From positions 6,663 through 70,662 of the forward strand of contig CAZTFB010000002.1 in assembly GCA_964612595.1 (NCBI GenBank): a stretch of 64,000 nt of DNA, read 5' to 3'. Source of the stretch: an uncultured Gammaproteobacteria bacterium (GTDB lineage: Bacteria > Patescibacteriota > Microgenomatia > UBA1406 > HO2-37-13b). Both the position numbers and the translations under genes were made by a program. The notes under the pieces were generated by a model that saw nothing but the letters and a program-made list of their open reading frames with translations, did no database searches and was not told where the DNA came from. Shown here piece after piece: positions 17,235 to 25,665 of the stretch; within the stretch, counting starts at the first letter, position 1, and every line of letters starts with the position of its first letter.

Positions 17235-17846
17235 ATGCCATCACGACATGAGCGAAAGGAATTTGTTGTTGGAGGAATCTACCACATATATAACCGTGGC
17301 ATAAATAAAATGGAAATATTTCACAGTGTTAGTGATTACGCATACTTTGAGAGAGGTCTAATTATGTATTTGAGCACAGCAAATGAGCTATACCCTGCTC
17401 TACAGCGATCAACACTCCCAATGGATGCTACCCATCTTTTACTCCTGCTTCGCAGGGCGTCCCAACAGAAAAACTATGCTAACGAGATAAAGCTCTTAGC
17501 CTTTTGCTTTATGCCAAATCACTTTCATCTTCTTATACAACAGAGTGGTGAACGCTCCATTTCAAAATTCATGAAATCGCTTCAAACTAGTTATGCAATG
17601 AGTTATGGGAAGAAATATAAGCACATAGGACCACTATTCCAGTCACGCTACAAAGCAATTCATGTCAAAAATGACATATACTACAAAACCGTTCTAAATT
17701 ACATCCACAACAACCCGGCTGAACTTAAACTTTTTAAAAAAATCCCAGAGAAATACCCATGGTCAAGCTTGAGTGATTATGTTGGCAATCGAAAGCGAAG
17801 TTGGATAGTGAAAGAAACGAACCTCGAAAGGTTACGGTCTTCTTAG
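17235..17846 (+). CDS. REP-associated tyrosine transposase (RAYT, IS200/Y1 HUH family)
   Basis: HUH motif MPNHFHLLIQ and catalytic-Tyr region LNYIHNNPAE. ORF 17214..17846, with the start at MPSRHERKEF. Confidence 0.8.
   Translation: MPSRHERKEFVVGGIYHIYNRGINKMEIFHSVSDYAYFERGLIMYLSTANELYPALQRSTLPMDATHLLLLLRRASQQKNYANEIKLLAFCFMPNHFHLLIQQSGERSISKFMKSLQTSYAMSYGKKYKHIGPLFQSRYKAIHVKNDIYYKTVLNYIHNNPAELKLFKKIPEKYPWSSLSDYVGNRKRSWIVKETNLERLRSS
17818..17844 (-). repeat. REP copy b (inverted): CGAACCT-cgaa-AGGTTACGGTCTTCTT
   Basis: Overlaps the convergent stop codons of the RAYT and gdhA genes. Confidence 0.7.
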
Positions 17847-19124
17847 CATCTCGGCTGCAAGAATACGCTCAACCGCAAGAATATATGCAGCTTTTCTGAG
17901 GCTAGCACCCTTTTTATCTTTGTATTTGAGCTCTTGATACTTTTTCCACATTGCTGCGAAAGCCTTTGCCATAATTTCTTCCAACTTCGCATCAACCTCA
18001 GCCTCACTCCAGTAGTATCCCATGCGGTTTTGAACCCATTCTAGGTATGAAACAGTCACGCCACCGGCATTTGAGAAGATATCAGGCACAACTAAAACGC
18101 CATTCTCAGTCAATATCTTGTCGGCTTCACTTGTGAGCGGGCCATTCGCCATTTCTACGACTACTTTTGCCTTAATCTTGCCTGCGTTATCCTTATGGAT
18201 GACGTTCTCCAAAGCCGCAGGCACCAAAACATCAACATCAAGCTCAAGTAGCTCGTCATTTGTTATTTCCTTACCTTTTCCAAGCTCACACACCCCTCCA
18301 ACACAGTAACAATTAGAAATCTTACCCTTTTCTTCCTTGCACGCAAGTGTTGCTGCAGGATCAAGGCCTTCTTCAATATACACACCACCTTTTGAATCAG
18401 AAACGGCAACAATGCGAAAGCCTGCATCTGAGGCTATTTCAGCGAAATAGTAACCGACATTGCCAAATCCTTGAACTGCAATCGTAATCTGAGCTTTTGG
18501 CTTATCAATAACATCTTTAATTTGTTCAAGCAAGGCTTGTAGTGCAAGAACACCACCGTACCCTGTCGCTTTTGTACGTCCTTCAGAGCCACCAATTTCA
18601 AGCGGCTTACCTGTTAATACGCCAGGCTCATGATGACCGCGAATTTTTTCATATTCATCAAGCATCCAGGCCATAATCTGCCCATTTGTATTCACATCTG
18701 GCGCAGGTACATCTTTATCAACCCCAATATGAGGCTCGATAAAGGTAATGTAGGCTCGAGATAGACGTTCAAGTTCTCCAACACTTAAGTCGCGAGGCTC
18801 TACAATAATCCCACCCTTGCCGCCTCCATATGGAATGCCTGCTATGGACGTCTTCAAAGACATCCAAAGAGATAAGGCTTTAACCTCGGACTCTGATACA
18901 TTGGGGTGAAATCGAATGCCGCCCTTGTAGGGGCCGAGTGCGTTATTGTGCTGCGATCGAAATGCCTGAAACTTCTTCTTCGTACCATCATCCATGGTAA
19001 TTTCGATCTCGCCTTTGACAATATTTTGGGGTTTTTGGAGTCTAGAAAGATATTTCTGATGCTCTGCGGAAAGATTGGATTTAATGTTATTGAGGAAAGT
19101 TAAGGCATTTTCAAATGGATCCAT
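17832..19124 (-). CDS. gdhA: NAD(P)-specific glutamate dehydrogenase
   Basis: GPYKGGIRFHP, IPYGGGKGG, VQGFGNVG; 430 aa. Confidence 0.92.
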   Translation of the reverse strand: MDPFENALTFLNNIKSNLSAEHQKYLSRLQKPQNIVKGEIEITMDDGTKKKFQAFRSQHNNALGPYKGGIRFHPNVSESEVKALSLWMSLKTSIAGIPYGGGKGGIIVEPRDLSVGELERLSRAYITFIEPHIGVDKDVPAPDVNTNGQIMAWMLDEYEKIRGHHEPGVLTGKPLEIGGSEGRTKATGYGGVLALQALLEQIKDVIDKPKAQITIAVQGFGNVGYYFAEIASDAGFRIVAVSDSKGGVYIEEGLDPAATLACKEEKGKISNCYCVGGVCELGKGKEITNDELLELDVDVLVPAALENVIHKDNAGKIKAKVVVEMANGPLTSEADKILTENGVLVVPDIFSNAGGVTVSYLEWVQNRMGYYWSEAEVDAKLEEIMAKAFAAMWKKYQELKYKDKKGASLRKAAYILAVERILAAEMLRRP

Positions 19125-19231
19125 AGTTTGAACATTTTACTCCACAGAAAATGGATGTGCAAGTGCTAGGACCAGGTCCTGAGAGGATCGCGCCCTACAC
19201 TCTAGCTACAAATTTTGTAGATATAGTGCAA

Positions 19232-19259
19232 GGCGCCTCGGGTTTTATCCCGAGGCGCC
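19232..19259. terminator. GC-rich hairpin 3' of the cassette B operon
   Basis: GGCGCCTCGGG-ttttat-CCCGAGGCGCC. There is a T-run on the plus side only. Confidence 0.5.
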
Positions 19260-19300
19260 AGGTTTTTGGAGTATTCAGTTGTACCCCAGCGCTGTGCAGG

Positions 19301-20185
19301 CTAGCTTGCTTCGTTGCCCTCCTGCGCAAACACTTGCGGGGTTTGGGGGTCGACTACCTGACCGACCCCCAGCCAGTCCCCGGCGGTACCAGGGTCGCGA
19401 CCATCGAACCAGACCAGTATCGAGTTGGGGTCGGTCACATCGAGTCCGCCGGCCAGGGCCAGGACGTGGGCCACCCGGACGGATTCCGGGAAGTATGCGC
19501 CTTCGTCACTAGTTACCCATTGTGAGTTGCCGATGGTCGATACGACCCATTCGCCGCCCACCGTATTAAGGCGAAACGGTGTGCGATCAACCGCGACAGA
19601 GGCGTCGTTGAGTCTCGCGCTCATGGACCTGCCGTAGGCTTTCGCAGCCGTATACATCTCATCCCGTTCTGCCGCCGTGTACTCGTATCGCTTCAACAGC
19701 AACCAACTCGGCTTCGCACCGTCGGTGAGTGAAAGCTGCACGAGCATGAAACCGCCGCCCTCACCTTGGGGATCGTCATCCATCGGGTGAAGCTCAGCAC
19801 CATCGAACTTCTGATCACCTTGAGAAGGGTCGTGAGTCCACTCCTCACCTGCCGCATGGCGCAACTCCTTGATGAGATACGCCGCAACCACGGTAAAGAT
19901 CGTACCGAGGATCTCAACATGATCGCCATAGACAAGCCTCTTCAGACGCTTCGATGCCCGTGCCAGTCTCGTGGGTCGATCCTGCGGCGGGTCGGCTTCC
20001 TCAACAATGACCTCCTCAGGCTCGGTAGTCAGGAGGTACACTGTAAGGAGCCGCTTCACCTCCTTTGAAAAGGGGCTCTCGGGGCGGGTTTTGACCCACC
20101 AGTAGACGAAGATGATGGCGCCGGCACTCGCACCTAGGGTAGCGAGCGCAAGGCCCAACAGATTGAACCCGAAGGTCATAGACAT
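19301..20185 (-). CDS. Cassette B gene 2: membrane protein with a C-terminal globular domain, no family assignment
   Basis: High-GC. AAGGAGG lies 8 nt before the ATG at 20185 and overlaps the stop of gene 1. TM segment FGFNLLGLALATLGASAGAIIFVYWWV. The ORF-track start at 20308 is an out-of-context extension. Confidence 0.65.
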   Translation of the reverse strand: MSMTFGFNLLGLALATLGASAGAIIFVYWWVKTRPESPFSKEVKRLLTVYLLTTEPEEVIVEEADPPQDRPTRLARASKRLKRLVYGDHVEILGTIFTVVAAYLIKELRHAAGEEWTHDPSQGDQKFDGAELHPMDDDPQGEGGGFMLVQLSLTDGAKPSWLLLKRYEYTAAERDEMYTAAKAYGRSMSARLNDASVAVDRTPFRLNTVGGEWVVSTIGNSQWVTSDEGAYFPESVRVAHVLALAGGLDVTDPNSILVWFDGRDPGTAGDWLGVGQVVDPQTPQVFAQEGNEAS

Positions 20186-20198
20186 GTCCTGTTCCTCC

Positions 20199-22082
20199 TT
20201 ATGGGAACGCGTCGTAGTTGTTACGACTGGGTGAGCTGAACGAGTCGTAGTTGCTGCGCGATGGGCTCGTGTAACTACTGCCCCCGCCACAACAACTTCC
20301 ACCGCCACCGTAGTCGTAACTACGGTTCATCTGTTCCTGGAGCTGTTGAGCTCTCTCGGCCGCTTCACGCGCTTCCCGAGCAGCTCGCTCCTGTTCCTGT
20401 CGCTGACGCTCGATCTCGGCTTGGCGAGCACGCTCTCTTCGAGCCATCTCTTCGTCGTAGTCGACTTGAGCGTTCCTGCCTGCGCTACGAGCTTCGACTG
20501 CTGCGCGCTGTGCGCGATCAACAGCCGGTTCGAACCACCGATCCGCAGCAAAGCCCTCACCTTCGTGGAGCAGTGCTTGTGCGCTCGATAGTCCACTCAC
20601 CGCCCTAGGGCTGTAACCAGCGAACATGCTGACCGGCCCCTGGGCCGACGAAATGGCTGACTGAGCTCCGGAACGAGCTCCCGGCCACGATGCACGAGCA
20701 GCTTCAAGCTTGGCTTGCAACGAACTGACCGCTTCATCAGCAGCTTTGGCTTCCGCTAGGTTTGCCAATGCTTTACGACCTTCGTTCTGAGCCTCTTTGA
20801 ACTGCTGCTCGGCACGGAAACGGTTCACTTTGATTAGCTGGGTGGTGACGATCTCGATGGTCACCTTGACATTGTAGACGTTGTTGGCGACCTGAGACCA
20901 CGTGGATTCATTGTGCTGCGCAGCAAGCACAGCAAGGTCGGCTCTGGCTCGACCGTTGAGCCCTTGAACCTCGCTAATACCGCTTTGCAGTTGCTCTGTG
21001 ATCAGAGCCGATTCCTCGTCGGCTGCAATCTGAGCGTCCACTTCGACATCGGCTGCTTCCGCGGTGGACTTGGCAGTCTGAGCCACCTCATACACACCTA
21101 CGAAATCAACCTTTCCTACTGCTCGAATAGCCTGCCAACCGCCTTGCGAATGCGCCTTCGCCTGAGCGAGCAATGAACTCGCGACGCTCAGTGCTTTGTC
21201 CAGCTCGTACCCACGGTTATGGACTACGGTCTGAATGTGCCTTTCAGCAGAGGCAATCGCTTGATCGGCCAGCAGAAGTGTGGGCTGGGCTTCTCGACGA
21301 GCCGTCGTGAGCCGGTCTACGTTCGCACGAGCTCCCACGACGGCATCATTCTGATTGCTCAGAGCTTCGCTAATCTGTGGGATGAGCTCGAGCGCCCTGG
21401 CGGGATTACCGATCCCCGACTGATCATCGGCTTCCGGCAAGAGACTGAGCGCCTCTGCCATAAGCTCGTCAATCGTCGATGCTTGCACGTCGATGGCTTC
21501 GATCTCTTGGCGGATGGGATCCAACCGACTATCCGGATACTCCCTGCTTTCCACCTCAAAATGCTTTTCCATCTCGTACCGAGCACCGCTAATGCCAAGG
21601 AGAAGCTTGTCCCTCTCCGCAAGCTCCGAACGGGCAAGTTCGCGACTAGCCTCAGCATCTGTGATGATAACTGAGGCAGCCTTGAGCAGCTCCTTCGCCT
21701 CACTGAGCTTGTTTCGTCCTGTGGATGCAGCTGAAATAGCCTGATCCAGGTTTGAAGTCCCCTTCGCGATAGCCAGCTCCCCTTGTGCCTCCGAAACCTT
21801 GGCATTCACCGCGCTGAGTTGGGTATCGAAGCGATCCGAATACGATTGTGCGTACCACTGATCGACCTCCTCCCACCTCAGATTCACGGTGTTTGCCGCA
21901 GCAACTTCGGCATTGATTCCATTCGTGAGCGATGTGATGCTGCGCTCACGAATCTGTGTCGGTACGGTGGTGACATACAGTCCACTCACCATAACCGACA
22001 AAGACAGAGCTAGGGCCAGACCGAGACGGGTCGGTGTTTTCACGACCTCATCCATAAGCCTGGCAAGGTTTTGAGTTGTCAA
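20199..22082 (-). CDS. Cassette B gene 1: membrane-anchored long Ala/Glu/Gln-rich coiled-coil protein with a Gly/Ser/Cys tail
   Basis: GAAGGAGG lies 6 nt before the TTG at 22082; the alternative ATG is at 22055. TM segment TRLGLALALSLSVMVSGLYV. The tail is ERQRQEQERAAREAREAAERAQQLQEQ...GGGGSCCGGGSS with SPSR(S/N)NYD(S/A)F twice. The part of the ORF above 22100 is AT-rich and probably non-coding. Confidence 0.65.
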   Translation of the reverse strand: MTTQNLARLMDEVVKTPTRLGLALALSLSVMVSGLYVTTVPTQIRERSITSLTNGINAEVAAANTVNLRWEEVDQWYAQSYSDRFDTQLSAVNAKVSEAQGELAIAKGTSNLDQAISAASTGRNKLSEAKELLKAASVIITDAEASRELARSELAERDKLLLGISGARYEMEKHFEVESREYPDSRLDPIRQEIEAIDVQASTIDELMAEALSLLPEADDQSGIGNPARALELIPQISEALSNQNDAVVGARANVDRLTTARREAQPTLLLADQAIASAERHIQTVVHNRGYELDKALSVASSLLAQAKAHSQGGWQAIRAVGKVDFVGVYEVAQTAKSTAEAADVEVDAQIAADEESALITEQLQSGISEVQGLNGRARADLAVLAAQHNESTWSQVANNVYNVKVTIEIVTTQLIKVNRFRAEQQFKEAQNEGRKALANLAEAKAADEAVSSLQAKLEAARASWPGARSGAQSAISSAQGPVSMFAGYSPRAVSGLSSAQALLHEGEGFAADRWFEPAVDRAQRAAVEARSAGRNAQVDYDEEMARRERARQAEIERQRQEQERAAREAREAAERAQQLQEQMNRSYDYGGGGSCCGGGSSYTSPSRSNYDSFSSPSRNNYDAFP

Positions 22083-22365
22083 GACATGCCTCCTTCTAGT
22101 AGGTTTGGCGACAGAATGAGTTGTTGGTTGATAAATTGAGAGTCTTGCGTGAGCAAGGCTGCAGCAAAAAGCACTAGATAAAAGCACGATCGAGCAACTA
22201 ATACTCTCAACTACAGCCTTGTTTACAAGTCTCGCAAATTTATATTTCTGAATACTCCAAATTTTCAATGTGCGCTCAATTTTATTGTGGCATGCAAATA
22301 GATACAATAAAAAATGAGCTCAACAATTATATACTATAGGCTTGGAAAAGTCAACTTTCCAGGCA

Positions 22366-22398
22366 CAAAAAAACGCCCCAGATTTCTATCCGAGGCGC
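22366..22398 (-). terminator. Intrinsic terminator of rho
   Basis: Minus-strand RNA CGCCUCG-loop-UGGGGCG followed by U7. Confidence 0.6.
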
Positions 22399-22412
22399 TT
22401 TTTCATAAGGCA

Positions 22413-22436
22413 CGAACCTGAACAGGTTACGGTCTT
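22413..22436 (-). repeat. REP copy c (inverted): CGAACCT-gaac-AGGTTACGGTCTT
   Basis: Lies immediately 3' of the rho stop codon. Confidence 0.7.
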
Positions 22437-23742
22437 ATTTCCCTACCGTAAGCTCCTTAAGAAACTCTTCATTGGTTTTTACTTTTGAAAGCTTGTCGAT
22501 CATGGTCGTAATGCGCTCATCTTTGTCCAAAAGAGCCATCATACGACGAAGCATCGCAAGTTTTTCAAGCGTATCCTTATCGAATAGGAGCTCATCATGG
22601 CGAGTGCCCGATCGCTCAATATCGATCGCTGGATAAATACGCTTATTTGCAGAATCACGGTCAAGATGAAGCTCCATATTACCGGTACCCTTAAACTCTT
22701 CATAAATAAGGTCATCCATTCTGGATTCCGTATTCACAAGAGCCGTACCTATAATTGTTAAACTTCCACCTTCTTCACAATTTCGTGCCGCACCCAAGAA
22801 TTTCTTCGCTGGATACAAAGCCGCAGGATCAAATCCACCCGAAAGTGTTCGTCCTGAAGGATTGACAGCAAAATTGTACGCACGTGCAAGTCTCGTAATT
22901 GAGTCAAGTAAGATAACCACATCTTTACCTGTCTCAACCAATCGTTTCGCACGCTCAAGTCCAATCTCAGCTGCGCGAATTTGATCTCGAGGTGATTGAT
23001 CAAAATGCGAAGAGACAACCTCAGCCTTAATTGAGCGGGCTAAATCAGTTACTTCCTCTGGTCGCTCGCCGATCAAAATTGCGATCAAATGCGCATCCGG
23101 GTGATTTGTAATAATACCGTTGGCAATCTGCTTCAAAAGCGTTGTTTTACCTGCTTTCGGAGGTGAAACAATAAGTCCACGCTGGCCAAATCCGATTGGT
23201 GACACCAGATCCATAATGCGCGTCGACAAAATATCAGGCTCGGTTGCAAGCTTGATCTGTCGATCAGGATACATAGAGGTAAGCGAACTAAATCGCTTCC
23301 TATTGCGACTATCATCCTCACTCATTGGAATATTGTTAACCTTCTCTATTTTCAAAAGACCATGATATTTCTCATTATCCTTTGGCGGGCGGATGAGACC
23401 TTCAACTTCGTCGCCTGGGCGAAGCCAAAATTTGCGAATCTGTGATTGCGACACATAAATATCGTCCTGTGAAGGAGTAAATTTAGGGCGCAAAAAGCCA
23501 AAACCTGAGGGCGTAACCTCAAGAATACCCTTTCCTGGGAAAGAATTTTTAAGATCTTCCTGTATGCGTTCTTCAAGAGGAACGTCCTCACGCATGCCGT
23601 TCATCTCGCGCATAGGCATTGGTGGTCGAGGTGCCTCTGGCTTCTGGATCGAAGTTTCTGGCAAATCTTCAACGGGAAGAATTGGATGAGCATCCTTAAA
23701 GTGGAGGTCATCGGGGTTCAAAAGTGTGTCATCATCTGACAT
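22435..23742 (-). CDS. rho: Transcription termination factor Rho
   Basis: Walker A SPPKAGKTTLL, an RNA-binding N-terminal domain, and the Q/R-loop region; 435 aa. Confidence 0.95.
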   Translation of the reverse strand: MSDDDTLLNPDDLHFKDAHPILPVEDLPETSIQKPEAPRPPMPMREMNGMREDVPLEERIQEDLKNSFPGKGILEVTPSGFGFLRPKFTPSQDDIYVSQSQIRKFWLRPGDEVEGLIRPPKDNEKYHGLLKIEKVNNIPMSEDDSRNRKRFSSLTSMYPDRQIKLATEPDILSTRIMDLVSPIGFGQRGLIVSPPKAGKTTLLKQIANGIITNHPDAHLIAILIGERPEEVTDLARSIKAEVVSSHFDQSPRDQIRAAEIGLERAKRLVETGKDVVILLDSITRLARAYNFAVNPSGRTLSGGFDPAALYPAKKFLGAARNCEEGGSLTIIGTALVNTESRMDDLIYEEFKGTGNMELHLDRDSANKRIYPAIDIERSGTRHDELLFDKDTLEKLAMLRRMMALLDKDERITTMIDKLSKVKTNEEFLKELTVGK

Positions 23743-24047
23743 ATATTTAGAATTGAATGGATAATAATAAATGACTAATAATAATTACGTTGTACGAAAT
23801 CAAGAGTAATAAGAAACTGTGGGAAATAAATGACCCTCCTAAATTAAAGGGCTATACAGAAAGTTTTTCCATGAAGCAATGGGTGGGTGCACCCGCGACA
23901 TACTCTAAACCGAGCAGAGGATCCCGGGATACCGCCAGATTCCCATACTTAAATGTTTTCAATCTAAGCATGAGTTACCCTGACTTATGAAATTGTTAGA
24001 AAAACTTTTTCAATGTACTTGCCTCTTTGTAAAGGAGGATCAACGTT

Positions 24048-24077
24048 ATTATACGTTGCGCCTCTACTGCTTGTCAA
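24048..24077 (-). promoter_or_regulatory. Consensus promoter for rho, giving a ~300-nt leader
   Basis: Minus strand TTGACA (24072-24077), 18-nt spacer, TATAAT (24048-24053). Confidence 0.55.
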
Positions 24078-24095
24078 GCAGGTCCAGTATTTATC

Positions 24096-24124
24096 TTGTC
24101 AAAAAAGTCATAGTGTGTTATACT
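24096..24124 (+). promoter_or_regulatory. Promoter driving cassette C
   Basis: TTGTCA (24096-24101), 17-nt spacer, TATACT (24119-24124). Confidence 0.5.
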
Positions 24125-24275
24125 ATCGGTCTTAACTTTCCTAGTATGATCGCACCATTAGTATCGCATTATTGTTGCTATTGTATTGGGAGTTGTACTT
24201 TGAAAAGGAGAGAGTTGAAAAATTATATGGGTCTCTGTTAAGGGAACTTTCTTGCATAGGGGGAAGGTATGTTGC

Positions 24276-24358
24276 GGGTACGCCAAATGACGTATCTGCA
24301 GCATGTCTTCCCTCTCCTGCACCGGAAGACCACCAATGAATTTTTCATTGGCGTACCC
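24276..24358 (+). promoter_or_regulatory. Structured leader of cassette C with mutually exclusive pairings
   Basis: P1 GGGTACGCCAA (24276-24286) pairs with TTGGCGTACCC (24348-24358). Inner hairpin 24305-24311/24324-24330. A competing hairpin CCAATGAA/TTCATTGG (24333-24351) overlaps the 3' strand of P1. Confidence 0.4.
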
Positions 24359-24407
24359 TTGCAGGGAACCCATTCGCCAGCGCAACCCCAAAGGAGACAG
24401 CGCAACC

Positions 24408-25499
24408 ATGTCCAAGCTGAATCGCATCGCCAAGTCCATCCTCGCGGCCGTCGCCATCATGGCGGTCACCATCCTCGCCGGCAACGCCGGCATCGCCAGT
24501 GCAGCGCCGGCCCAGCAGGCCATCGCCGCCAACGTCGCCTTGACCATCCCGGCCGCCCCCAACGTGGGCGGCAACTACGACGAGACGCCGGGCCAGAGCT
24601 GGGTGTGGCTGTACCGGGTCGCGGACCACAAGTCCTACACCGGTACCGTCGCGACCGCGCTCAAGAGCGGCATCGATGTTGGCAGCCCCGGGAACCACGA
24701 GCTCAAGCCGAACGGCAATCGCCTGTTCCGCGGGAGCGCGGACGCCGGCGATTACTTGTTCGTCGCTCACCTGGGCGCCAACACCGTCGTCATGGACAGC
24801 ATCGTCTCGGTCGCGAACGGCGACCAGTACGGCTCCAGCCAGACGGCGCAGGTCACCTGGAGCGGCACGTCCACGGGCATGAGCTCGTCGGCGCCGACCA
24901 AGCCGGTGACGGTCAAGGTTGCCAAGGCGGCGCCGGTCGTCCTGACCCCGCTCTGTTTGGCGATCCTGCCGCTGGCCAAGACCGGCGGCGCGACGTTCGT
25001 CATGTCCGGCGGGGTGTTCTCCGGCAAGGTCGCGTTCGTCCTCGCGACGAACACGTACGTCCTGTCCGTGGAGGCGGCCGAAGCGATGGTGAAGGCCGAC
25101 GGCGACAACGCCGTCATCGTGGACTTCACCGGAGTGCCCCTCGGCACGCCGGTGGAGATCCCGAGCGGCCCGTACCAGACCTTCACCATCGAGCCCAACG
25201 GGCGGCTGACGCCCCTGGGCTTCCTGAACGCGCCGCCGGTCGTCAAGCCCAACAACATCACGACCGACGCGGCGCTGAAGGGCTGGACGGAACGCGTGGC
25301 GCACACGGCGCTCAATCGGGCCAATGCCACGTGCCCGAAGTACGACACCAGCCTGCTCGCGGCCCATCCCGCCCGCACGGGCAGCGACGACTGGCCCGGC
25401 GGATTGCCGGGCATCGTGCTCGCGGGTATGGCCGGCATCGCGGCGCTCGCCTGGACGTTCTGGCCCCGGCGACGGCAGACGAACGTGACGTTCGCCTGA
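24408..25499 (+). CDS. Cassette C: secreted surface protein with a C-terminal sorting-signal-like anchor
   Basis: About 67% GC. AAGGAG lies upstream of the ATG at 24408. Signal peptide MSKLNRIAKSILAAVAIMAVTILAGNAGIASA. The C-terminus is HPARTGSDDWPGG-LPGIVLAGMAGIAALAWTFW-PRRRQ (motif, hydrophobic stretch, basic tail). There is an internal LAKTGG. Confidence 0.7.
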   Translation: MSKLNRIAKSILAAVAIMAVTILAGNAGIASAAPAQQAIAANVALTIPAAPNVGGNYDETPGQSWVWLYRVADHKSYTGTVATALKSGIDVGSPGNHELKPNGNRLFRGSADAGDYLFVAHLGANTVVMDSIVSVANGDQYGSSQTAQVTWSGTSTGMSSSAPTKPVTVKVAKAAPVVLTPLCLAILPLAKTGGATFVMSGGVFSGKVAFVLATNTYVLSVEAAEAMVKADGDNAVIVDFTGVPLGTPVEIPSGPYQTFTIEPNGRLTPLGFLNAPPVVKPNNITTDAALKGWTERVAHTALNRANATCPKYDTSLLAAHPARTGSDDWPGGLPGIVLAGMAGIAALAWTFWPRRRQTNVTFA

Positions 25500-25520
25500 G
25501 CCACGGACCTGCGCTGGTCA

Positions 25521-25552
25521 GGGCCGCCCTGGGGTCAAACCCAGGGCGGTCC
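25521..25552 (+). terminator. GC-rich hairpin 3' of cassette C
   Basis: CCGCCCTGGG-gtcaaa-CCCAGGGCGG. Confidence 0.55.
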
Positions 25553-25665
25553 GGCCGCACCACAATCGAATAAAAAAACGAGTGGTGAAGCCTCAACTCT
25601 CTCCGCTCGTTCCTTATGTAAAATACCTTTTGCATAAAGAACGAGTAGAACAACTAACTATATAT

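Larger units (their letters stand above)
17165..17844. mobile_element. REP-RAYT unit (RAYT gene bracketed by inverted REP hairpins)
   Basis: See the REP copies at 17165-17188 and 17818-17844, and the HUH/Y1 transposase ORF between them. Confidence 0.7.

Noticed and set aside
22083-22307. The AT-rich first 75 codons of ORF 20199..22307.
   Set aside because: The composition switches to backbone-like, no SD is present, and a strong GAAGGAGG precedes the TTG at 22082. This stretch is more likely promoter or leader.
23790-24241. ORFs 23790..23990 and 23987..24241, and the possibility of an SRP/6S/tRNA-like RNA in the GC-richer patch at about 23880-23950.
   Set aside because: The region is best explained as the ~300-nt rho leader downstream of the consensus promoter at 24048-24077. 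I could not fit a tRNA cloverleaf or an SRP domain IV motif by eye. An Infernal scan would settle it.
24269-25653. Long overlapping ORFs on both strands of cassette C (24269..25573 +, 24345..25367 -, 24767..25504 -, 25312..25653 -, 24158..24574 -).
   Set aside because: High-GC DNA is poor in stop codons, so all frames stay open. Only the frame starting at 24408 has an SD, a signal peptide and a sensible domain-like sequence. The other products are Arg/Gly/Pro-rich nonsense.
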